Source: Phoronis australis
Lineage: Eukaryota; Animalia; Phoronida
Assembly: GCA_002633005.1 (NCBI GenBank)
Contig: NMRA01000020.1
Coordinates: forward strand, 459,621-523,620
Direction of reading: 5' to 3'
DNA: 64,000 nucleotides
Of the stretch, positions 53,437 to 64,000 are shown in pieces (position 1 is the first letter of the stretch; each line of letters begins with the position of its first letter). Under the pieces are notes generated by a model. The model ran no database searches, was not told where the DNA came from, and saw only the letters and a program-made list of their open reading frames with translations. The position numbers and the translations under genes were made by a program.

Positions 53437-54037
53437 GTAAGTCAACGGTCTCATTTTATGCGTCTGGAATGTAACGTTTATGTGCGGGGTAGGAGGTCGC
53501 CTGCGTTTGTACACTTATCCTTAGTCACAAGCACCACCTGCCGTGGGAACGAATGTAGGGAGACCCTGTACAGTTGTGTATCAATTACATAAAGCCAACC
53601 GGTTCTCAGCAATGATGGCTACCTACTGAGGATATTGTGATCTAAAATGGTTTATGGTGTTGTAACCTCACAGGAGGCATGCAAACATATATAGGACCGT
53701 CATCACCATAAAACCGTTTTCTCGAGTGACGTGACACATGATGTTTTGAGCCTTTAGCAATTTCACAACCCAAAACGTTCCCTTCCCGTGCCAAACGCTT
53801 GCAATATTGGTCCCATGACAATTGACTTGCCCCAGTGAAGGCACAAACATTGCAAGCCCATCTGCACCAAAGTGTGTATTAGGGTTTGTTGTAAAAAAGC
53901 CTGACATGTACAGTTTTCATGCTGTCTACTGAGGAGAGTCACGCTTGGATTAGCCAGCGCTACCCCTCACTAGTACGGGACTGTCCGCATGCCAAGGGAA
54001 TAAAAGTAAATACGGGGGACTTGTCTACCATCTTAGC

Positions 54038-54197
54038 AGTGGCGGATTTAAGGTGGGGCCAAGGGGGGCATGCCCTCCTCTAACATTCACCCAGATTCCA
54101 TTTGGCAATACGGGGTGCGAATGTCTCACGGCCGGGCAAAATCCTGGCTAATACTCTGCCCAGCCCTCCCCCCCCCCCAACTCAAAATCCTGGATCA
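54038..54197 (+). repeat. hAT-like MITE copy in VAMP intron 1
   Basis: Starts cagtggcggattt; aligns with 15935-16061. Explains the spurious N-terminus of ORF 54070-54474. Confidence 0.75.
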
Positions 54198-54323
54198 GTA
54201 CCCGGTTAGCACCAATTATATTTTGTTTGACGAAAACAATTGTCAACTGAACTTGGGAGGTACCGTGCCTATTTCCCAAACCTTAGATAGAAGACCTGTA
54301 ATTTGCCTACACCAGTTTTGCAG

Positions 54324-54469
54324 GTCGTCCACGGATGCACTGCGGAAAAGCAATGAAAACGTAAAAAAGTTGAACAGTGAGGTCAATGAAGTAACGCACT
54401 TACTTCGAGGAAACATCGACAAAGTTCTGGAAAGGGGAGATAAGTTATCAAACTTGGAGGAAAGGTCAG
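54324..54469 (+). CDS. VAMP/synaptobrevin-family R-SNARE, exon 2
   Basis: ttttgcAG acceptor, G|GTTAGT donor. Encodes SSTDALRKSNENVKKLNSEVNEVTHLLRGNIDKVLERGDKLSNLEERS, including the NIDKVLERG zero-layer Arg motif. Confidence 0.93.
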
Positions 54470-55615
54470 GTTAGTGGACGGATAACATGCACGGTAGATG
54501 ATGGCATTTTCGTTATCAATACTATAATGTTATCATTTGTAATTTTTCTCGAAATATGCATTTAACATCTTCATATTTTAAAAGAATCTTTGTTATGGAA
54601 ATGGCATATGCAACAATTACAATTTCGAGGTTTAAAGCCAGGCATCCTCAAGTTAAAATAGATGTCTGTACTTTAAGGGTCATTACCGGTTTTATTAAAA
54701 AGCTTGTAGAAATTTGATTTTTGACTTTTTACCAATCTCCCAGTAATTGAATAAGAACTTGGCTCTGTCCCTTTAGTAAAATTGAGCAAAAAAGTACATC
54801 GACAGGAAAGCAACGGTATCAGTCTCTTGATCAAATTTATTTGATTTAAATGTTCAAGATACAATTCCTAAAATACTGCTGCAGTTTTACAAAATACCAT
54901 TTCGTTTTCGTTCTATACATTGATATTTTCATGAAAATGATAAAAGTCCTCATTTTTGCAAAAATGGAATATTTGGAAAACAATCCCTAACATGGATATG
55001 GAGAACAATGCAAGCTTTGTATAAGACAGTTTCATGTGAATCCAATCTGAGATATGGCGTTCCAAACTTAGCCAAATTTGAAAATTTTTCTAGCGGGTGT
55101 TACAGAACCTCAAATTCACTATTTTTGTATTTGACTAAATGCTCGGATCGTCAGCGTCCTGGTACTCTAAGTACATGTAGATTTACTCGGTTACTTGCCG
55201 ATCAGTTTAACTTATTCTTTAAGTAATGCATTGCCGGTGACGCTCAAACCAATGTGTTGACAAAAACTTGCACTTGTTAAATGGATACTAAACACGGTTT
55301 TGTCCTGTTATCAGACATAACAGTTACGACTTTCCCATCCAGCTATCAGAAATAAAATAATGTCCTGCAACCCTTGTCAACCCTCAAAAGTTTATATCGA
55401 ATTTGAATTCCGTGCAAAATCTGATAAACCGGCAACTGTGTGGGAAATGCCAGCCATCAAAAAACATAAAATCTGCGTTTTTGTTCAGTCTCACTTTGAT
55501 TACTCGGCTGAGAAGTCAATGATGCATTTTCAGGGGAAAGAATGCAGAATGGTTAAAATCACCGAAACAGGGTTTATCGTCCTTTAAATGTCATTATTTC
55601 TTCCCATTTTTCAAG

Positions 55616-55756
55616 AATTACTCACGTCACAGTCCAAAGAGTTCAAAAAGAGCGCCGTCAGGGTAAAGAGGAAAATGTGTTGTCAAAACTCAAAGCTTTG
55701 TTGCTGCATAATCGTCACCGTCGTCGCCAGCATAATTGTAGTTGCTATTGTTTTAG
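55616..55756 (+). CDS. VAMP/synaptobrevin-family R-SNARE, exon 3
   Basis: Pyrimidine tract plus caAG acceptor, phase-compatible with exon 2 (G+AA=Glu). Encodes LLTSQSKEFKKSAVRVKRKMCCQNSKLCCCIIVTVVASIIVVAIVL; donor G|GTAAGT. Confidence 0.9.
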
Positions 55757-56099
55757 GTAAGTTACTCTACGATAATAGACCACTTGGAGGGCTACGTTTG
55801 CAGTAGACGCAGGAATATCGCGAGTAAAAGCTGGTGTAATCACGTCATGCTTTGCTTGGGATACATCGGGATCTTGCGTTTTCGTGAGTTTCTTGCGTAT
55901 ACGGAACGCAAGGCACGTTAGCTAATTCCATCATGCTTCCACTTACGCCGAAGAATCTTCGCTTATGTAACGGAAATTAATTCAGTCCCAAAATTCAACA
56001 CTCCAACCTCAGCGACAAAACACTTGCGTGGCCGTTGGGACTGGGACCATATTTAGTCGAGTGGCTGATTTTGATGTTATCACTGGTCCTTGTTTGCGC

Positions 56100-56635
56100 C
56101 TTCTCTCAAGTCACCTGAAAAAAGGCATAACCGACAGAAAGTACGCTCTGTGGGATTTCTTAAAGATGAAGAAATTCAACAAAGCCATGTCTTTATACCT
56201 TGTTACGTCCACCTAGAAAGAATTGAGATGCCAAAAAAGGACAGAAAAAGCGCAATTTTGTCCAGTTTTACCTAAAATCACAAATTCACGACTGCCCCGG
56301 AGCAACAAAGGAGAACATAAACTGAATGCTGTTTACCCTAGATCCCAGAAATTTAGGATAAAATGTGTCATTACGAACCAGATTTTTGACAATTTTCACT
56401 TGTCTGAAAGGTACATGGATTAGCGCCAAGAATTCAACACTCAACAAGTGCTCTGAAGATGTCGGGCACTTCCGTATCCGAGTAGACAAAAGCACAGGCC
56501 AAATTTCTGGACTCCGTTTAGTCAAAACAACTCCAAGGAACTACTAAAAACCATTCGTGGCCACCATTTCCCATTTAGTCCACAAAACTGTCTTCAAACA
56601 TGACCCATCCCACTTTCTTCAGTTTTGGAGGACCT
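56100..56635 (+). repeat. ~530-bp interspersed repeat in VAMP intron 3 (sister copy at 24930-25460)
   Basis: Colinear similarity to 24930-25460. Confidence 0.9.
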
Positions 56636-58870
56636 ACAAAGCTCCAAAGCATGTTCTTAGACCTCATTTCGCTATATGGTAGGCTACATTCGCGAAACAC
56701 TCGCCTTTCTATCGGTGATTTTGTGAGGTCCTGCGAGATTTTGCTTTTTTACAAGAAACGCGCTCTCTAGGTTTCCTCAACAGAGTAGTAGTATAACAAA
56801 ATCGTTAACTATTTCACGACCTCGTGTAATCATTAGGCCCAGTAGACCATCACAAGTGTAAAGCCAGTATGAGGTCTTTGAAACCCAAGGCGAATTCTTG
56901 CTGTCCGCTAACAGAGTACCGTTCCGCAGGGCAACTTTTTTGCGAACAAGCGCGATCACCTAAGACCAGGCAAACTTGAAATCCGCACGCTCGAGACCTC
57001 ACTAGCCAAACCTAACAAAATGACGGCCTCTAGCTGAAGTGATTGGTCCGTGAGAATGGAATGTAGAATTATGCGATATTTTTGAATTATGGAACGAGAT
57101 TCTTGAATTATGGGATTGAGTTTCCTGTTTCCTATTCTTAAGCGAAAATTTTTGTCGCAAGTGCATGGCTAATGTGTTTGGTCTGCACACAGAAAGTATA
57201 CACAGTGATCGACAAAAGTGTTGGGAGAGAAGTCGAACATAAATTGTGCCATCACAAACCGTCTGGTGAACTTTGTTTTTGTCATCGATTCCTGGAATAA
57301 GCAATCGATTGAATTTGTATCTTGGACTTCTCTTACTATAATTTTTTTCTGTTACCAATCATAGATTAATTGATTTAGATATTGGATAGTTCATCTGAGA
57401 GTGTACAATTTGTTATCTCACATTCATCGACCCCGACCATGAATTATTTGTGCACATTCTGTTAAATGGTTAGATGGGAAATTATCTCAATCAATTTTCT
57501 TTACGTTCGTTTTCGTGTATCTTTGTGTGATACACTGTGTCTATTATAGCGTCACACATGGAATTCTGCAACAAACCTCCCACTTTGCCAATTGTGCTTC
57601 AAAAGATGACAATTGCTCAAGGAGAGCTGCGATGTTTAACAGATTTTTTGAAAACTTAATATATCAAACACAAATTTTCTTTTTAGCATTGTCGGGGACA
57701 CTTGCGTAAACGCAAGGCACTCGTGAAACATTTTATGTAGCGAGAAATCTTTGTTTGGGGAATAGAAACCGAGAATGATTTTCTCCAATGCTTTTGAGTT
57801 AAGCAAGTTAAAGGTGCACGTCTCAAGTGGTTTCGGGTGAGAATTTTCGATAAAAAAACGAAAAAACATTATTGTTTCGAAGATGGGCTAAGGATTCTTG
57901 TTTAAGCAGTTTAGGTTGTTAGCGAATGTTGTTTTAATTTGTTGAAAGATTCCCGCAAATGATTTCACTTTTGCTTAATAATAAACTGATATGTACTGAG
58001 AAAATAAGGCGGTTGTACATTTGCAATTACCTCCGGCTAAAGAGCACATCTTTATTGGCTAACTAAAGGAACATATTACTGTCTGGTGTTTTTGATATGG
58101 ATCAGGGCACAGTTATTGCAATAAAAGGACATGGGCAATTTGGCAAATGACTAGAGAATCTAATATATGCTTATCTTTATCGTATTGAATGTCTATAAAT
58201 AAGGGTAATATATGCAGGTTGTTTACGCAAGTGCTTGCAGGTTCGTCTTTCTGTAAATCTCACTCTTACTAGTCACGTTAGTTACGTGTAATACAACTTC
58301 AATTGTTTTTGTATTTTCTGTAAGTCCTTATTATATATCCTGGAAAACATAAACAAAATTTGTGAGCTGCACAAAAGGTCATGTTGGGAAGAGCTTTTCT
58401 CTGTCTGTAAACATTATTTGTTGTATAAATAAAATAGTACCTTTGACTATCTTTAAAATTTCGCTTTTGGTCCACGGCACCATTTTGAAAATTCGTGTAA
58501 ATCCGCATTTCTCAATGCAGAACTCTTAGCGTGGGAGTCTAAGGTAATAGACATAGCACATGACGTCAGGGATGTCCGATCCTTAGAGTATGAGTCCAAA
58601 ATATGTTTCGGAAATGACGAGGATCACGGCAAACCGGCGATTATTAACGTCTCAAATCAAACCTCGCAATCGCCTCTTGAATGTTTATCCACCCTTTGAC
58701 GACAGAACAATAACACGCTTACGGTAATTTTAGGTAAACTGAAGGTAGCTCCTATTGTTAATTGCGTGTCAATAGCAATTAAAGCACAGTACGACAGTTA
58801 GATAGCAGTTACGCGATTTCCTGCAAACGTCAGCGGTATTTGTTAGATTCAGTATGTTTTCTGTTTTCAG

Positions 58871-58941
58871 TTGTGGTATTGACCAAACCATGGGACAGTC
58901 ATCCAAATGACAGGAACTCAACTGTTACGCAAGTTTTTTAA
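58871..58941 (+). CDS. VAMP-like gene probable last coding exon
   Basis: Strong acceptor gttttctgttttcAG. The phase-1 join completes the TM helix: VVVLTKPWDSHPNDRNSTVTQVF*. Total CDS 360 nt (119 aa). Confidence 0.72.
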
Positions 58942-59531
58942 GGGTGGTGATAGCATTGAGTTTGACCTTCTCACTACCATATGCGCATACATGTATTGCC
59001 TGGCTGGCAAACAAAAGGCTAGCCAACTTAGTATCGTAAGAGTCGCCGTTGTATCTTTTTACAAGTTGTCGCAGACGTTGGTGATAGTCGTGTAGGCGTG
59101 CTAGTATCGTAGATTGAATTGTTGCAACATATTGTGCAAAAAATGATGTTTTTTACAACACCGTCTGCAACAACTAGCGACTCCGTCTTTTACAGCCTTT
59201 GTCTCGACGTGCTTTTGGTATTTTTTTCTTAAGTTTTCTAGGAAAATGAAAAGCTCATCTTATTATTTTGTTCATTGGCTTGCAGATATCTTTATTTGTA
59301 TACGATGTTTGACCATTCGCTGAACGACAAGTTTGACTAGCGACGTCTTGGACTCTCCGTGTTCAACGAAGTGGGTGAAATTCATATGAATCCGATCATC
59401 CACTTCTGACATATGAAGTTCTAAAGTTAGCCAGAATTATACAGCCTCGTTTTGCTCATTGAAGTGATAAAGGAGATAGCAACATAATATCGTTTTTCTA
59501 TGTCCCTCTATGAGTTTGGAATTCGTAAAAT

Positions 59532-59888
59532 TTAAAAGGATACTAAACCCCGCCTTGATGATTTAAACCTATCATTGTTCTGTCACCTGCTGATGCAGAC
59601 ATTGGCGTCAATCTTGAAAGATAAAATCAGGAATCAGCTAAAGACTCGAAGTCCATACGTCACAGATTAGATATTATAGATTTTAGTATGGGATGTTTCT
59701 CGCCACAGTGGACGCACAATTCGCTAAAAGCTTGCCCGTTTAGCAGACTTTGAAAGGTGTTTTAAAATTTTCCGCCAAACCTTTAAGGCTGTCGAGGGTT
59801 GCAGAGCATTATTTTGATTTAGAGAATGGAGTGGGAATGTTGTTTTTAATATCTGTTTATAAGCCAAAATGTCTTTGGTATCCTTTCA
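59532..59888 (+). mobile_element. ~355-bp TTAA-flanked (Kolobok-like) MITE
   Basis: Left end ttaaaaggatactaaac, right end tttggtatcctttcaa (short imperfect TIR). The left ~150 bp matches 19800-19949 in inverted orientation. Confidence 0.55.
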
Positions 59889-62446
59889 AATTTGTAGAAA
59901 TTTCGTAAATCCTGAATTAACAAAAATGATTAGACAACAGTGGTAAGTGCATTTTCATTAGCGCATTTCCAAAGGGTGTCATTGTGCTCTTAAAATCAGA
60001 GTTGCTCAAGTCAACTAATTGAGTTATAATCAAACCGTTTTCGAAGTTTTTGCGGAGATTTGACAAGTACACATTAATCAATGATCAGTTCACTTTCAGA
60101 TTAAGATCAATTTTAAATAAAACCCCTGTAGTGACGGAGTTGGAATTCCTGTTTATTGAGTTTCAAATCGGCGCATTTATATAGGGCTCAATCCTGTCGT
60201 CCACCTTCAAGACTTTTAATTGTCGCTTTGCCCATTGTTTTCTTGTCAACACGTGGCTTGTTCAGCAGTTATTCCATAGTTTTCGTCGTCTACGACCGAT
60301 CGAAGCGTGTTTCAGATATTCTTACTAGTCGCCCTCTAACAGCGAAAATACCATTGAGTTGGAGACATTAATTAAAAATAAAATTTAAAGGTTGATGTCT
60401 CCGTTGTTTGCTGGTAAATATCCGATTACACATACTTACGTAAATTGCATGTGTATCAAGTAGATCTTGGAAACAACAATAAGTCGTCAACAGTTTGTTT
60501 TGAAAAACTTGTCAAAACAAAAATGAGTTTTCACCACGGAATGGAGACCGGGTCACATTATTGATAGCGAAGATTAAAAATGCGAATGATTCGATGCGCG
60601 TGCGTAAATGTACCCTAAACGCTCCCCTTTGGCAAGTCGGCAGTCCCGACTCGTTTCGGTATATTACTTTTAACTGATGATGAAATGATTTCAATAGGCC
60701 TACTTCGATGTTTACAAGCAATAACAGTTTTAGATGTTTTATCAATCCAAACGTGGAAGCCAGAAGTAAAAGCTCACTTCGGGAAGGCGGTAACAACAAT
60801 TTTGCAATTTGATTGACGGACAAGCGTTCCGTTAATTTTGCACCTGCCAACGCTATTATCTCACAAAATCCATTCAAATTTGAAAACCGTAGTCTGCATG
60901 TACTTCACCAGGAGTTTTCAACTCCGTTTAACGACCTGTGAGTGGGACCTCCGACAGATAACCGGCAGCACCACGCGGCATATTGACCACGGTGTGTCAT
61001 AAACATTCCTTACCAACAGAAGGCGGCCACGGATCGAACGAGTGCACTGTCTGACGTGTTGTTGTCCGCTTCGTTGATCAGTGCAGTAGAAGAGGAAAAT
61101 TTCACATTTCTATCACCGTCGTTTAGGTGGGTTGGTGAGAGCAATTTATCATCGAGCAAAACCATTCGAAGCAATAATACGGTCAATAGGGAGAGTTTTT
61201 AAGAGGCAATTACGACCTCATCATGCGCTGGAGGTAATGTGAATGTATTGCTGGAGGCGATGCCCAAACGCTTGTGAGAAAATGGCTCGTCGCTTTACTT
61301 AACAGGTGTGGGGATCAAAAACAGCGAACTTATGTATGATCATTTTGAAACACTTGGGCACAGACTAAGCTGTAGTTAAGGGGACAATGACCGAAATTCA
61401 CCAAACTTTAAGAAAAGATAAGGCGCTAGGACACACACAAAAAATAGTGTAGCAAAAAGTAACCATTTTGTGCAATCTTATGCCAGTCACTAGGCTTGTA
61501 TATTTTATTACAAAACTCAGCTAACTCAACTCTGAGGATGACAATTGAAAGAAGTCACATCTTCCTAACCTGGAACCATGCTGATAACAAAATAAGTCCC
61601 GTTCCTCACCTGGCACCATGCTGATAACAAAAGGACTCTTCACATTTCTTCATTTTTTCCAAACCAAACATTTTCACAACTAACAGTACAGGTTTCAGAT
61701 TACAAATTCATCTTTCTATTGTCAAATTCCTGTTTGACACTAAACCTATTACGGACCTTCAAATTTTAACATAAGCTGAAACAAAACGAACTTCCATCTT
61801 CTTCATATACAGAATCACATAAGAGATATCAACATCTACATAATTATTCAAACGAGAAAAAAAATAATTTCTCAGTTCTATATACATGTAAGTATACCAA
61901 TGAAACTGTTTTTATCCAACTATGGGTAGAACATTCAGTAACTGATCTTAAATTTTGTCCAGGCAGCTCAACCACACAACATGACATTTACAAGTTAGTG
62001 TATTCCTGTCCACATATTAACAGCAACATGCTTGGTTACATACTTGCAGTTAACCCCTAAAAACAAAGAAATATCCAAGTCAGGTCATGGCCAAATGTGT
62101 AACAAGACGGAAGCACCTGCTTCTTTTGAAACATAGTGCCATTTGTTTTCTGAATCAGAAGTTCAAAATGAATTGTCTTGAGCAGTTATCTCCCCATGTA
62201 TATAATCAAAGATGAACTGAGTTGCCCTTTTGCACCCAGAGAGGGTGCTTGAGTCTTGTACCCCCTATGAACTAGCAAACAAGAACACAACATAGTGTGA
62301 AGTAACACCCAGGGCTAATTGAAGGGACACGTCCCGTGTCATTAGTGCATAAAAAATTCATTGAGACGCACTAAGATTGCTTAACTTGGGCCGATGTGTG
62401 CACTAAAGCAGTCACAATTACGCCAGATTTTGTCTTCAATTATACA

Positions 62447-62500
62447 CATTGCATTCAGAATCTAATACAACTGCATTGCATTCAGAATCTAATACAACTA
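62447..62500. repeat. 27-bp tandem duplication
   Basis: cattgcattcagaatctaatacaact occurs twice. Confidence 0.9.
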
Positions 62501-63431
62501 CAATGCAGAGCAGCTGATCAAAACAACATGGGGTCTAGCATATTGTGAAAATACATATCCCAACTGTAGATTTATGTGTTTATTTAAAGTGAAATGCAGT
62601 TAATCACTCAGACCAATCATCCGCATATAACATACTGAAGTTACATGATAGCAGATGAAAACATGCATATCTAAATGACACCCCCCCAAAAAGGTCCTAA
62701 AAATTGGCAATAGATTTAAGGCCATGTGGGTCAACTGACCCATAGCCATGTTTTTCTAAATTGATCCTTGAACATCCTGGTCTGATAACATCAAATAATG
62801 AAGATGGCTGGACCAAATAAAAAGGACAATCATTACCTTTACAGCCAGTCAGGCTCCTGACTGAACCCCCAGGGAAACAAAAATGTGATCAACCCATTCC
62901 CGGATAGGAAGGGAAATTGATGAACATTTGTTCTTGAATAGGTCCATGAATGAACTTAATGTTGAAATGAAATACTCAGAATCTGGTTGATAACATTCGC
63001 ACACCAACAATGTGCAACTTGACAAGTCCCAAGAAAACTGTACCGTTTTATAAAAAATCAATAAATTTTCGTAACAACACACTTGGACAATTTCACAATG
63101 ACTTCACATTTTTCTGATTACTTCCTTTATGAGTATTTGCCACAACTTGAAAGAAATTTTACACCTTCTTGAGTACTAGAGTTAACAGACTGACTGACAA
63201 ATGCCTTACAAGTGATTGGGTCCCAATTTTTTATTAAAAACTACAGTATGCTGGAACCAATGAAACTCCAACACCAATTGTCCTGGATTAGTCCGTGAAC
63301 CCACCAATGACCCCGTTGACCCAGCATAGGTCGTGATAGGTCATCCAACAGCTGTTTCTGCTTGGCCACCAAGAACTGCTGCACGAATTGCTCAAGATCA
63401 CCACCACAGTGAACTGTTGAGCCAACAGAGG

Positions 63432-63588
63432 TCATGACAGATCAGCCAACAACTGTTCTCGTTCCTCCACCAAGAACTGCCGTATGACTTGCTCGATGTT
63501 GTCATCACAGCGGGCCACCTGGCGCTCCATCGTCATCCTGAAGTCCTCACTCACCCCCTTCTGAACACCCCTCGTCACCGTGCGCTGT
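63432..63588 (-). CDS. Probable terminal coding exon of an unidentified gene continuing beyond the window
   Basis: Acceptor ttgacttttcAG (63590-63589). GC-richer open frame QRTVTRGVQKGVSEDFRMTMERQVARCDDNIEQVIRQFLVEEREQLLADLS*, followed by AT-rich UTR-like sequence with AATAAA candidates near 63230 and 61506. Confidence 0.7.
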
Positions 63589-64000
63589 CTGAAAAGTCAA
63601 CAACTAGGTTAGTCTTACTCATTACAAGTAGGCGTGAAAACGAAGAAAAGATGAAAAACAGGCAATGAGCAAAATAGTAGAATATGAAATAATCCCCACA
63701 TGCCAAACATTAGTAATTATTGAAACTTACAAACTGCTCATTTGATATTTTTGTTTTTCAAGGAAAGTAGCAATTCATCACAATACAAATCTGACATTTG
63801 CTAAGTACAAACATTCATGATAACTGGTGGTTCATGTCTGTCTAGTGATGGTAATCACCCTCATCAATCAAACTGCGTATATATCTAAATTTTATGCCCC
63901 TCGTATCAAGCATAAAGTCAACAGAAGTTGTCAGACAAATGCAAATTGCCAACATTGGCTGCGTAAACAGACACACCTGTTCAAAAAAATCCAGACCGAC

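Noticed and set aside
60450-61000. Possible minus-strand CR1/L2 RT relic (DYGFQ, FLIFAINNV)
   Set aside because: Too degenerate to support by eye.

Overview
Repeat-rich, intron-containing animal (probably invertebrate) genomic DNA with one assembly gap (13778-14379). Most ORFs in the supplied track are spurious. Three host genes can be supported. (1) A minus-strand secreted neuropeptide-type precursor (6837-7224) with a signal peptide, dibasic cleavage sites, one predicted amidated decapeptide (HKWSVFTGTY-NH2) and an EF-hand-like C-terminal region; a compact CRE/CCAAT/TATA/Inr promoter lies just upstream. (2) A four-exon plus-strand VAMP/synaptobrevin-family R-SNARE (53435-58941, 119 aa) with a split ATG, a Cys-rich juxtamembrane segment and a luminal tail. 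(3) The last coding exon of an unidentified minus-strand gene (63432-63588), followed by a diverged duplicate of its end. The rest is transposon debris: a 2.9-kb Academ-like (XPG/Cys-rich) element bounded by 14-bp TIRs and an 8-bp direct repeat, a THAP-domain ORF with one premature stop, degenerate LINE fragments, several MITE families (one with 5-bp TSDs), tRNA-like SINE heads and tandem repeats. The strongest candidate for an undescribed system is the neuropeptide/EF-hand precursor. All family assignments come from motif recognition by eye; no database searches were run.
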